A DNA stretch of 64,000 nucleotides from the NCBI GenBank assembly GCA_002633005.1, contig NMRA01000508.1, positions 41,250-105,249 of the forward strand, in the 5' to 3' direction. This stretch comes from Phoronis australis (Eukaryota; Animalia; Phoronida). This document shows, piece by piece, positions 24,574 to 36,800 of the stretch (its first letter is position 1; each line of letters opens with the position of its first letter). The position numbers and the translations under genes are program-made. The notes beneath the pieces were generated by a model, which ran no database searches, was not told the DNA's origin, and was given only the letters and a program-made list of their open reading frames with translations.

Positions 24574-26697
24574 TTAATAAAAGGACAGCAGAGAATTTAC
24601 AACTGCGTACTGCTCATGAGGCAGAGTTTGCAAGTTGCCAGTAGAGACCACTTGGGGCATGTCGCGCTGAGCATGACTACTGGCTGCTGCTTGTGACAAT
24701 GCTGGAAAACTTTGGCTTGTTGGCAGCGACGCCATTAATTGTGATGAAGGTTGAGGTACCTCAGGGTCTTTGTCCCTCAAGCTCTTCAACACCTCCGTGA
24801 ATCCGTGCAGGGCAGCCACCTCTGACCCGTGAACCTTAACCACGTGATGCTTCTGGTCTTTCTTCTCTGAGAAACCTTTTCCACAAACTGGACATATATG
24901 AGGCCGGTAGCCATGATGCACCGTCAACAGATGGCGCTTCAGATGGTACGTTGCTGAGAATTTCTTACTGCAAATGGTACACACGTGTTTGTACTGTTCG
25001 CCCGTGTGCGTGAGCTCGTGGCGCTTCAACTTGTAGCGGTCGGCGAACCATTTACTACAGTAGGAGCAGATGGTGCCCCGTGAGTTCTTCTGCTCGAAGG
25101 TTGTGTGCACAGAGTATTTGTGTCGCGCCAACATTGACGCCCTCTTGAAGCCCTTGCCACAGTCGTCGCAAAGGAAGGTGGCATCTGAACTGTGCTTGGT
25201 AATGTGCTCGCTCATAAACTTGCGCGTCTTCAACAGACGGCCACAGTCAACACATATAAAGACAGTCTTCCACTCCACAGGGATGTCAATGTAGGAGTAC
25301 TTCACCCTCCGACCACCTTCAAACACTTCAGTCGAATGTGGGTACACACTAAATCCAGGAACCGTCTTCTTTGTCATGGCTAAAATCTGATTCAGAGTAC
25401 TCTCTACATCTTCCTTCATGTCACTGCCATCTTTATTAGGAATGTTTGAAGTTGCATCCCCACTAGACGCAAAAGTATTGATGGCGTCATTTCCAATTTT
25501 CTCAGTTTCCACATTTCCATCAGAAGGCTGCTGCTGCTGTTGTTGTTGTTGCTGTTGGTGCTGCTGTGGTTGTTGCTGCTGTGGTTGTTGCTGCTGTGGT
25601 TGTTGCTGCTGTGGTTGTTGCTGCTGTGGTTGCTGCTGCTGTGGTTGTTGTTGGTGCTGCAGCTGTTGCTGCTGCGGTTGCTGCTGTGGTTGCTGCTGCT
25701 GTTGCGGTTGTTGATGTTGCTGCTGCTGATGATGATGGAGATGGTGGTGATGAGTCTCGGATTGCATCTGCTGACCCGCCACTGTTTCAGACAATGACCT
25801 CTGATAGTGTGCGGGAAGGGGTACCGCTGGTGATACCCTCGCTGTCGTGTTGGTCAGATCAAAGCCACTTTGACTGCTAGTCAGCGAAGCATTGCCAAGG
25901 GCAGTATGTCTGCTAGTGCCATCTATGGGATAATGAGAGGATGGAAGTGGATATACAGGTCGGGAGTGGGCTACAGGCAACATGGTTCCAAGAGTACCAG
26001 TACTTCCTGTCCAGTCAACGGTGGGAAATCGGTCATTGTTGACCAGCGGATACTGTGACTGACCATGCATTTGGTCAATGTGTTGACCCATCCAGTGTCC
26101 AGGTGCCTGGTAATAGTTCACTTGTGTATCAGATTGGGTTCGTTTCTTCACAGCTTTTGGCTTTGTTTTCTTTGCGGGAGCAATCTGATCGTGAGCCATG
26201 CCCATTCGAGTGAGCTCGTCAATGCTCAGGGTTGGGTACTTGATGGCGTCCTGCCGCGGAGGATCCAGGGGCTCCTCAGTGCACAGACAGACTGTAAGAA
26301 CCTTCCGACTGCCCTTGAACTCTGCAGACGCCGACCTGACCTCCCTCGACAACCTTATCTCTGGGTAGTCACCATCTGCCCCGCAGTCAACAAACATTGG
26401 CGGCACCAGAGGCAAGTAATCGTAAGATTGACGTCGTTTTTTCGGCTTCTTCTCTAATGATGCCGAGCCCGCATCAACCTCTTTGGTTTCCTCCGATCCA
26501 CCAACGCCCCTTGCTTTCACCTTGCGTCGCTTGTTTTTTCGACTAACTGTCCTTGTCACAATGGGCACTGTGTTTTTTGGTAAAACGTTTTTGCTGTGAC
26601 CAGATGGAGAAAATGAAGGATCTGCCGCCAGGTCGTCATTCTCATCATCGCCAGCAAGATCCAGCAAGACTTCATGTCCGTCTGCAGAGCCACCAAC
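24574..26697 (-). CDS. PRDM-family gene, last coding exon: basic region, His/polyQ tract, 5 C2H2 zinc fingers
   Basis: Acceptor TTGTGTTGTGCAG|GTT at 26697 is phase 0, matching the donor at 28578. Fingers CVDC, CDDC, CSYC, CTIC, CPVC. Stop TAA at 24576-24574. Confidence 0.9.
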   Translation of the reverse strand, partial: VGGSADGHEVLLDLAGDDENDDLAADPSFSPSGHSKNVLPKNTVPIVTRTVSRKNKRRKVKARGVGGSEETKEVDAGSASLEKKPKKRRQSYDYLPLVPPMFVDCGADGDYPEIRLSREVRSASAEFKGSRKVLTVCLCTEEPLDPPRQDAIKYPTLSIDELTRMGMAHDQIAPAKKTKPKAVKKRTQSDTQVNYYQAPGHWMGQHIDQMHGQSQYPLVNNDRFPTVDWTGSTGTLGTMLPVAHSRPVYPLPSSHYPIDGTSRHTALGNASLTSSQSGFDLTNTTARVSPAVPLPAHYQRSLSETVAGQQMQSETHHHHLHHHQQQQHQQPQQQQQPQQQPQQQQLQHQQQPQQQQPQQQQPQQQQPQQQQPQQQQPQQHQQQQQQQQQQPSDGNVETEKIGNDAINTFASSGDATSNIPNKDGSDMKEDVESTLNQILAMTKKTVPGFSVYPHSTEVFEGGRRVKYSYIDIPVEWKTVFICVDCGRLLKTRKFMSEHITKHSSDATFLCDDCGKGFKRASMLARHKYSVHTTFEQKNSRGTICSYCSKWFADRYKLKRHELTHTGEQYKHVCTICSKKFSATYHLKRHLLTVHHGYRPHICPVCGKGFSEKKDQKHHVVKVHGSEVAALHGFTEVLKSLRDKDPEVPQPSSQLMASLPTSQSFPALSQAAASSHAQRDMPQVVSTGNLQTLPHEQYAVVNSLLSFY
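25528..25752 (-). repeat. Coding CAG/CAA microsatellite with 15-nt QQQQP units and His run
   Basis: Repeats of GTGGTTGTTGCTGCT on + encode HHHHLHHHQQQQHQQPQQQQ... on -. Confidence 0.95.
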
Positions 26698-27544
26698 CTG
26701 CACAACACAAAGTATTAATCAGTTGTTAGATTTTGACAAGTGAAGTATTCCCGAACAATTCACATTCAAAGGATTGATCAATGGTGATGAAAAAAAAAAC
26801 ATGGACTTTCATGAGATTTTAATTATTTGCCATATTTCAAGGATTTTCATGGTCCTTGAAAGCTAACTCAATGATATTGAAGGATTCCAAACACCCAAAC
26901 TCTGATCTAATGCCCTGTTACTCTAATAGGCTTCCTGAGAACACTCGACTTGTAGGAAAATTCATACCTTCAAGAATCATCGATAGCTCTAGGTTAGGTC
27001 TGCATTAATGTGACAGTTTGAAATGAACTTTAGACTGGTCCTAATGAGGTACTTCCAGAGCCAACACCTCAATTTTAGGGTTGATACTTGCCCTATTCCC
27101 CAATGAAAAATATTTTAAAAACATAAAATTCCCCTCAACAGTCAGATCAATGACTAAATAATCCCTCTCAAGGTTAGAATCACTTCGTACATGCAAAACC
27201 GTGGGTGGTCAGAAGGCAGGGGAGGCGAGGCGGAGAGAAATTTCCATCAAAAAAGAACAACACAGAGCTGCACTGGAATGCACCCACGAATGTAATGCAA
27301 ATGGAATGTTTCTAATGGTGTTATTAAGTATCATAAAAGTGGTTATTAGATAACGCAAAACACACCAAATTCATCCGATATTGAGAAAGCGTCGTCGAAA
27401 CTCTCTATTACAAAATTGTCATATTTCATGAAAATCCACAAAGGAACTCCAAATAGACAGAGGCAGAGGTAAAAATATTATTAGAAAGCACGGGGGTATT
27501 CGAATCCGTCCATACTATGTCAAGTTATATGAATTAACTTGAAA

Positions 27545-27700
27545 AATCGACCAATCGCAACCTCTGCCCCTTTGCGACAAACAAACAATAAGTTTTACTC
27601 AGCTTAGAAATGAAGGTGTCAAGAATGCTGCGTTCTGATTGGTCAGTTCAGCTGACACTCAAATTCCTGGCAATCGGTCAATTGCAACCTAGCAAGGGGT
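27545..27700 (-). repeat. Interspersed repeat family (TGACCAATCAGAACGCAGCATTCTTGACA core); other copies at about 36598-36750 and 61050-61205
   Basis: The same core sequence is visible at three positions, one of them inverted. Confidence 0.7.
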
Positions 27701-28577
27701 TAAGGAGATACAGCAAAAGGTAGGAAAATAATGCCACTGGGGAGAACCAGTTACCTTGAACCCACCTGAAAATCCACGCCGGTCATGCCCATGTTAGTAA
27801 GAGCACACCTGCCAATTATCATAACGGTCCTCTGAGTGACAGTTTGGCAGATACAGCAGCAGATGGCAAAAATCCAGACTCAAAAACAATGAACATGTCC
27901 AATAGGTGGCGCAGAATATGTCAACCTCGTCACAATTGGAAAGATGATGTCATGTCATGTGGCACAAAATATATCAACTCTGTCCCAAAACGGGAAGGCG
28001 TCGTCGTCTCATTAATGCAAATCTATATAAGGAACTCCAAAGATACAGAGTCAAATGTAAGAATCAGTTCGAGAGTCGTGGTTATCTGACGTCAACTTAA
28101 TAGGAACACATCTGTCAAATCTCATTATGATCATGCGCGGGTTTAGGAGATACATCCACGGACACCGGACGCACAGACAGAAAGGATGGCAAGATGCACC
28201 AACATATAGATATGTAGGTGCATAAAAATTCGCCTCTCAAAAGGCACAGGTACCTTCCCCTCACTTCACACATCTACATATTTTGACTTGACGTGACATC
28301 AAACATCAGAATGCTACTAGCTAAGTTCTGAGTTTAGAATACATCTAGTGAGTACCGGCGTAGTATAAAATTGGCAATAGACTATATGCTGTTGGTGACC
28401 AAATGCGTAATCAAAGCAATTAATTCCTGATAGCTGAAACAATACAAATATATTACGCTGTCAGCAAATTATTAGCTCAACTAAAAACTTAAACACCAAC
28501 AGGCTGTTTTGCAACAAATCTCACCATTGCATAGAACAAAATAATGCAACGTTTAATACCACACATGAATGGTATAC

Positions 28578-29818
28578 CTCAGTTTCCGTCTTCCTAATCT
28601 TCATTTTGATTGGCTTGTTTTTGCGTGATCGCTTCGACCCAGACTTCCTCAGCTTGTCAGGGTGAGGGTACTGGCCGAGAACATTCCCCGACAACACATC
28701 TGCCATCTGCTCATGATAACCTGAGCTATAGTAATACATCAGTTCTTCACTAGATTGGATTGGACGCGTCGTCACAAAAAATATTCCTGATCCATATTGA
28801 AATGCTTCTGTATTTGCCTTTGAAAGGTTCGTCGTCTTCCTCATATAGATCAACCAATTACTTTCTTCTTCATCATCAGCAACAAGACATTCAGCAGTGC
28901 CGTCATCGAAGGAAACCAACCAATGATAATCGAGTGTTTTCATCTGAGATAGAGGTATGTGGTGTCCTTGCAATGGCCCAAATAGGGTAGACGCAAACAG
29001 GGGTCTCCTAGCAACCACTGACAAATTCACTGGGTCTGACTTATCGAGTCGTAGACAAGAGGGAAGCGTAATTTCGGCGCGACTAATTACTGGTTTGTCC
29101 TTAAGGTGGTGATAGCGATGCATCTTACATCGAGGACGCACAGATTTTTGGCATACATAACACCATCTGCCCTGCCAATGAGGGAATGGGTTGGAAGCAT
29201 CTTCGTCGGAATCAATTTTGGTTAACAGGACAAGAGGAGTTTTCACCGGTGTCTTGTTAACAGATGGCCTCAAACTATATGGCATTTTGGAGTCTGACCC
29301 CTTGTTGCGTTCAGATGCCAATGGTGTACCATCTTCATTGGAGCCTGTCTTATCAATTTCACTGTGTTTTCTTGTGACAACATTTTCTGATGCTGGCTGT
29401 GAAGGTATGGGGGCAGACGCAGAGGGACTAGCTTCCTTCGAGGGCAACAACTCAGGTGGACTAGGCTCTTTTAGATTCACAATAGTCTGACGGTCTGCTG
29501 TAGAAGTTTGGTCTGGAACACACCTGTTGGGGACATTGGAAACTATGCTTTCACCACTGAATGTTGAATTTCCTGCATCATGTGGATTATGACATTGGGT
29601 GTTGTTGTAGACAGTCATGCCAGAGTGTGGGCGTGGCCCATAACTCTGACTGTGATTGGTCGTCTCACTGACGTGTCTGCTGGAGCTTTGGTTGACAAGG
29701 TCATATCCAATTTGACTATGCACCACAGGCAGATAGGTGTGTTGAGATTGAATGGCATCACCAGTTGCACTCAGCTGACCTTGAGGGTCATATGTACTGT
29801 TGTATTCCATCGCCACAC
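28578..29818 (-). CDS. PRDM-family gene, first coding exon: zinc knuckle + PR/SET domain (PRDM4/10/15-like architecture)
   Basis: Acceptor TTTCTGTTCCAG| at 29818, likely ATG at 29810. Zinc knuckle WCYVCQK..C..H..DKPVISRAEITLP. PR/SET motifs FGPLQG, SNWLIYMR, AFQYGSGIFFVTTRPI, EELMYYY. Donor GAG|GTATAC at 28578. Spliced product about 1118 aa. Confidence 0.88.
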
Positions 29819-32078
29819 CTGGAACAGAAAGTAGGTATTTGAAAACAACATCCCACTATAAATCAGAAAATGAAACATGAATGAAATTAAATTCACTGGA
29901 CTAAGTTTTACAGTGTAACATCGTGGTCATTTCAAACTGGTTCTAGTTCCTTCCTTTGTAAGAACGTAATCAAATTCTTCACTTAAAGCACACAATATGG
30001 AGAACATTTGTCATGTGAAATAAGTGATATTATTTAAGTAAAATTCATCAGCAGAAACAAACATTAAGAAAATGCCAACCTATTAATAACTTGGCTTGCA
30101 AGGCGTAAAACAACAATTGAATACTAGTACCTAGATAATCAGGGTAGGAAAATCCTTTGGGAGTTACATGACTTTGGGAAGATCTTTTTATACAAAAATA
30201 GTTGCCAAATTTGATTTTCTATGATACAAAGGTTGATCTAATGCAGCAAGGCATGAAAACTTCACCAAATGTTGTCTCCTGACATACTGTCAAATTCAGC
30301 ACTGCAATTTGCGCAGGCTACTCCGATTTAGAGATACCAGCAACGTGCACCGGCATACAAGGCTCTGAATGGGATGCAGCACTTGCCATGTGAATTTGGG
30401 AGATTCACCGACGGGGATGCTACCATTTTCAAATGTTTCATGGGAAAGTTTTCAGATTGGAGACATGACTGTTCCTTCATCAACGATGCCATTTTGTCCA
30501 GGTACGAGAGGAGTCATCCTAACAGTGTAGTGCATATTGATTGGCTCCCTTCCCAAGTCACGGAGGTCAGCTTCAATATGATTAAAAATTTACACGAGTG
30601 TGAACATATGCAGTGATGTCAACAGAACACAACTGGCTCAGTTCACAATTTTACAGACGGAAGGAAGGACTATATGCATAAAATCTTGACACCGGGAATT
30701 TTCATGCAATTGGAAGGCTTTAAAGGCTCCAACTGTCTCCTAAGTTGTCCAAATACACTGGAAAGGTAGAATAATATTGGGACTTTGACACTTTAGCCAG
30801 GGTCAAGCGTAATTTGAAGACAATCTTCCGATATGCAGGCTGGATTATGATGCACCATTGCTTAGTTACCATGAAGAACTAGCCACAGTGCAAAGCTGTA
30901 AAAATACATATGGTTTTACAGCAATCTGGGTAAACAAAATGGTCAAATGAAATGTGATATAAAATTAATGCCATTAAAAACTAAAATCTTCCTTATGGAA
31001 ACTTTAAATTTGTTATGTTTGCTAAAAATATCGTTGTCCATTTATTCTGCGAATAGACTTGTGGAATAAAGGGCATCAGTGCCATGAAGTAGAGCGCCAC
31101 CTATGGTCAATTTCTTTATTCAACAACTAATTCTTCAATCAACTGTTCTTTTGAACAAGGCTGCGTACAGTTCACAACAAATTCTCAGAATTAATTTTAC
31201 TTCTGTTTTTTTTACAGCAAATCGAATTTCAGAGCAAATTTTGATGCTGCAAAGTTGTCATTATCTCTCGGAAGATGTCGCAACTGCCGCGTGTGTTGTA
31301 GACGTGCTTACGGTGAATTATATGAGCCTCTGTTAGCCACTCGCTAACTGACAATAGCCTGTTAGCTGAATGATTAGCACACTTGGCGCTTTTATCGATT
31401 TCACTGATTCGGGTGATCTCAGTTATAGCTAAACATGTCACGAGAGTATACATAATTTTCAAGACGACAGACTTCGCTTTTTTTCAAAAAAACGGAGAAT
31501 GACACTGTCTAGAAAACAATTTCATCTTTTCCAACAGTAACAGGCAAAGTGAGGATGCACTGGCCTTCTTCCTGACTGTTAGCTCTGCGAGTTGACATAA
31601 CTTTCACGATGAGGTGACCAGCAGAGTTACCTGGCAGGAGTGAATTTTCGAGGCTGATGTGAAGTTAGCACAAACCTATTGCTAACTGTGTGACGGTGTT
31701 AATGAAAAGCTAGCTGGCTGCCTGAAGTTGGGATAGACAGTTGCACTGTCTATCCAGACACTGTCTCCACTGGACCCAGAAGAGACGGTGAGGCTCATGT
31801 AACCGCTTGAATACGCTTGACATTTTTCAGGGAATTTACTTTTCAGCTCACGGTGATTAAAACATCAAAGTCACATTGCACTAAGTACTAGCCTATATTA
31901 GGTAATACAAAGACACCTCAAGAGGCTGTCTACATTATTAATTCCTTAAACTTCTACAAATCGTAATCAAACTGTTTTCGAACACTACTTCATTCAGTTG
32001 CCCAAATCAGCAACTGGCCATTTTTACACTGTGCGCGCTCCTGGTTAGAAGGAACTAAAGACATCGATGGCTTCCTAC

Positions 32079-32210
32079 GGCACTAGTCGGATATAATGGA
32101 CCTTGATTTAGAGAACCAGTTTCATCCGCTAAATAACAGGGCCATTATGCAGGGTGTTATAATGCAGTGGTTACCTGGTTAATCAAGGTCCATTACATCT
32201 GACTAGTGCC
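32079..32210. mobile_element. Small hairpin MITE; related copies at 52921-53046 and 56816-56942
   Basis: TIR GGCACTAGTCGGATATAATGGACCTTGAT / ATCAAGGTCCATTACATCTGACTAGTGCC. The internal GAGAACCAGTTTCATCC is shared with the other copies. Confidence 0.7.
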
Positions 32211-32311
32211 CAAAAGGTACTCATAGCAACGTGACTTTGATATTTTAATCAGTGAGGCTTAATTCAAAGAAAAACGTTGGGCATATGAAGCTCGAGCATC
32301 ACCGTCTCTAC

Positions 32312-33258
32312 TAGGCAACGACCGTCGCCTCTGTTGACCCGACAAGAGGCGATGCAGCTCCTATAGGCGCTCCATACGCCGGGAAGCTTTTCGGCGAATT
32401 ATGCCTCGCACCGATTAAACATCAAAGTCACCTTGTTATAAATACCTTTTGCGCATACAGGAACACCTGAGGAGGTCGTCGATTTTTTTAATTCCTTCCA
32501 ACTCGAACAAATGCTCCCATTATTAAACTTTTTCTTCGAGCAGTCCCTATTTCAGTTCCCAAAATCATGAACTCTCCCTTTTCACTCGGCGCACGCCAAG
32601 AGATATGACCTCATTCTTTTAACCAGGCCGAAGGTCAGAAGTTGCAGTCCTACCCGCGAACTTTGAAAGCTGAAGTCCCCGCCCTCTGCATACGTGCTGC
32701 CAGGAAGCAGCTGTGCATTTGCGGTGTTGTTAAGCACTAAAATTTCAAATATGTGCACAAAGACCATTAAATGTCATATCAACAGCATTTATTTTTATCA
32801 AATACAAACAATAATTCATTGAAATACAACCAGTTTCAAGTAACACCAATTAAAGACAAGTAGTGGTGGCATTTTGGAAATGAACATTTGACTGACAAGA
32901 CCGCAATGGCTCACTTTTGGCCTATTTAAAGATTGAAGTCATGAAGTCACATCAGCTAGAGAACGCGGTAAAAACTGGAGCGTGCGCAGTATAAAAATGG
33001 TGAGTTCACGATTTTGGGAACTGAACGAGTGACTGCTCAAAGAAAAAGTTGATAATGGAAGTATTTGTTCAGGTTGGAAGGAATTAAACACACCGACAAC
33101 CTCCTAAGGTGTCCCTCTATAGTCTATGCGCAAACAACGTGACTTTCATGCTTTAGCCAGTGCGAGGCATAATTCGCTGAAAAGGTTCGGGCGTATAGAA
33201 CACCTATAGGAGCTGCATCGCCTCTGGTCGGGCCAACAAAGGCGATGGTCATTGCCTA
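32312..33258. mobile_element. Non-autonomous long-TIR DNA transposon with 9-bp TSD (AcademH-like or MULE-like)
   Basis: Termini TAGGCAACGACC / GGTCATTGCCTA with ~265-bp diverged TIRs (32312-32575 vs 33000-33258). Exact TSD CGTCTCTAC at 32303-32311 and 33259-33267. An older TIR-related fragment lies at about 31850-32010. Confidence 0.85.
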
Positions 33259-33707
33259 CGTCTCTACTAGCTACTAGGGCTAGTCGAGCCGGTGACTCTG
33301 GGGAAAGGCATTTTGTTCTTTTCACTTCCCATTTCCTGCAAATAATTGAAAAGTTAACGATCTACAAAACATACAACATCAACCCGTTATATTTTACTTT
33401 TCATAAAGCATACGAATACCGAACCTGAAGCGTAGGTCGACTGAAAAAGGCCTAGTTTCTTCAAACAAATAACATTTTTCCAAATGCGACGGCCTCTGTT
33501 TCTTCCCAGGTAAATGTGGCGATAAAACGGCAGATATTATGGTCATTTCCTTTTCATGTAACTCTCCAAAACAGTGTTTTGAAGTTCTTAATATCTTTAA
33601 AACGACAAATTTGTATGTCTAAAATATGTATTTTTTAAATTCCACACAACCAGAATTTTAATGGTAAATGCTGTTATTGCTTGGCTCAGTGAGAAATTTC
33701 GAAAATA

Positions 33708-33805
33708 ATGGAGTTGCCAAAACTTGAACTTCCCCGAGTAAAACATGACTTATCAAGAGCACATTCGGAATGTGCCATGCGTGGATTGTTGAAAAGTGCA
33801 AAATG
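33708..33805 (+). CDS. CDC23: CDC23 exon 1
   Basis: [32 protein letters not shown](W); donor GTTTGT. Confidence 0.85.
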
Positions 33806-36800
33806 GTTTGTATGTGAGGAATATTGATCGTTTGTTTATGTCGTTAATATTAGTAAACCCGATCATTTTTGTGATCGGATCTCCCGCCATTCTCCGACTC
33901 CGTCCATAATTTGTTCATCATCACATTTATTAAATTCATAGATTATTCTAAATTCGTGATTTGATGAGTTGTGCACATGTGATATGACTATATTGCTCGA
34001 CGCTTAGCTTGATGGTAGGTAACATTTGGCTACTTGGCGAAAATCTGTGGTCGCCACACGAAATCTGCCCGTCTTCACGGTTAATTGCCAATAGATTTAT
34101 TTCACGCCAACAGGAGGCGCGTTCCAAAACAAGACTCTCTAGGATAGTTCTTTTGCCTTATCGGCTTATAGTTGCATTCCGCATTGCTTGAACGGCGATA
34201 TAGTGAAAATATACGGACACTGTGTAACAATTCCTATAAGCTGTTGACATTTGGAAACGTTGTGTTGTTGCGACGAAGGGAAATATTTTCGTGTAAAATT
34301 TATTAATGTTTTCAAAAAGTAAGATCACATTTTGTCGCATCTCGGTTGTCAAGTATCGACTTAGCAACGACTAGTGAATCTGCATGGCCAACCAGGCTGG
34401 TGTTTTCATGACTACAGGTTGAAACATCATACATTTTCCAAAAAGTTCAGGGCCCTCAATCTCTTGATTGTTGGGCCAAATATTGGCCCTATTCCACTCT
34501 CAAAAATATTTAAAAAATCACGTGAAATTCGCCCCACGAGGCCTAAAAATGACACGCGCGCACAGTGTAAAAATGACCTGTAACCACACGGGTAACATTT
34601 TAAAAGAGCAAAAATGCTACTTGAGGCAGAGCGTGTGAGGGCTTGCAACAGGGCGGGGTTGCATGCTATTGATGGTGATTGGTAGGTAGATTTTCCCCCT
34701 CACTCGGCTCAAAAATTCACCCAGTCAGACGGCACAGGCACTTTAATTCCCCTCAGATGAACGAAGCCCCTGAAGAAACATGATAACTATATGCTTGCTC
34801 TGTCCAGGCTGCAATTGAGTTCTAAAACAAGGTTATGCTTTCGTTGAACGAATTAAATGTTCTAATTTTAAAATTCAACTTGGTCCAGATATTGTTATTT
34901 GAAACATGATATAGATCATCTATATGTAAGAATTATTAAAACCAAAAAAGCAGAATTAGTCAAAAAAAAATTATTTTCAATTACAAGGCTGCTTTTTTAT
35001 TTTTAAAAAAAATATAATTAATAATATTAATTAATATGTTCTAGCAGATCAATAACAAATCAATTATTTGTCCCGGCAGTCCATACCACACTACGAGGAC
35101 CTAGGATATGCTTGATGTTAATATTTTTGATCAACAAACCAGATGAAACTTGCACATGACTGCAAAATGCGATGCGCCACCACTGTCGAATATATCTCAA
35201 CTCGTCCAAACTACAAGCAGATGACCTGGTCCGTATAGAAAACATTTTTGTCAACACTTTACAAGAAGAAACGTAACTCTGAAGATCAGCATAATACCTA
35301 ATTCGTATCATGATCGCCGCCATTTTGTCATATTTACTTTTCATTTTTCGAACCTAGTTTTCTGAAAAACCTCACACCCTTTCGTTAGACAACTCTTTGG
35401 TGCATTGACTTGTTCTGTAATGTATATTTCTACATCTGTGTAGTTAATTATCGACACATTTTTTAAGATTTAATATCCAGGTTGGACTCGAAAGACCAGC
35501 CATTTAACTCACGCAATGTCAATTTCCGCTTTGTTTATCGCGGTGAGCTTCGCTGTGGATTTTAATGTCCGCCGCGTGGATTAGTCGTATAGTAATATTG
35601 CAGTTAGATCTCTTACCCATTAAATCTTGCTGTAGTAATTGCCGAATTTACCTGACCCGGCAATCAAACCAGTGATCCCGCAAAAACAAACGTGCTAACC
35701 GTTCAACTGCCCATTAGCAGGTGGTTGCTGATAGAGGCTCATTTGTCATTTGATTAATCAGATGCTCATGCAACACTAAGATAGAACAATAAAGATGATC
35801 ACATATGCTGGTGGCTCATGTTTTGCTGATTGACTTGCCCGATTGCCGCACAAGTCCGACTTCTGTCTGTTTACTTTTGCATTTTAAGCGTGTGTTGAGA
35901 GATTTTGTTAAGTGTCGGCCATCGACTGGGCTCGATTCTTTTTGAGAATGTACGATTGGTTTCACGTTGTCTGCCATGAAAAGGCCTAAACAGATTGGGG
36001 ATTATTTTACAAACCACAAGATGTTCCAGGTACAGATGTTGACTAAGATCCTGATGTGACAGATGATCCAATTATAATCTTGATCTTAAGATAACAAAGC
36101 TCAGTCAAGGAAATACAAATATGCGCCCAACCTTTCAATGTACTGGATTTTACTGATAACACCGGCATCCGAGAACCTTCAGTTCGCGTCTAATTTGAGA
36201 ATAGGTGGTTCTCAACAAGAAGACTAAGCTTGGATTGAAATAACGTATTTTGAAAATCCAAAATTTGATTATTTCAAGAATTGCCATAGCAATCCTCAGG
36301 CTCTTTCCCCAGTTGCCTAGCACAATTATGAAACTGCACTGGCGACCTGTAGGTTACAATTCAAGTAAAAAAGAAAAAAATTTTCTCTGGAAAATTTCTA
36401 ATTCGAGTCAAAGAGTAGTGAGTTGACCAAATGGTTACAAATGGGTGTATATCTTTCGCTTCAACTTTTTTCAGGTCTGCAGAGCTGATGTTCACATTAA
36501 AGACAGTGGAAGCTGACAATTCAACAGATGCTGTAGACCTGTGTCATGTATGTGGTTTGGCGTCTTAAATGTTTCTGCGGTCCTAATTGACCTATCGTCC
36601 TGACCAATCAAAAAGCAGCATTCTTGACATACCTTCGCTTCCAACTCGCCATTTACCTGACAAAACAACACGTTTCTGGGTAAAATTTATCATTTGTTTG
36701 TCATAATCTTGCATGAGGGTGGTCGGGTGGAGCTTGCAATAGGTCAGTTAGGGCAAGTGGAATTACCAAACATCAATAAGAATTATTCATCTTTAAAGAT

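Noticed and set aside
25418-25880. Poly-Cys (metallothionein/keratin-associated-like), poly-Leu and poly-Val/Ala ORFs on +
   Set aside because: Antisense readings of the PRDM polyQ microsatellite.
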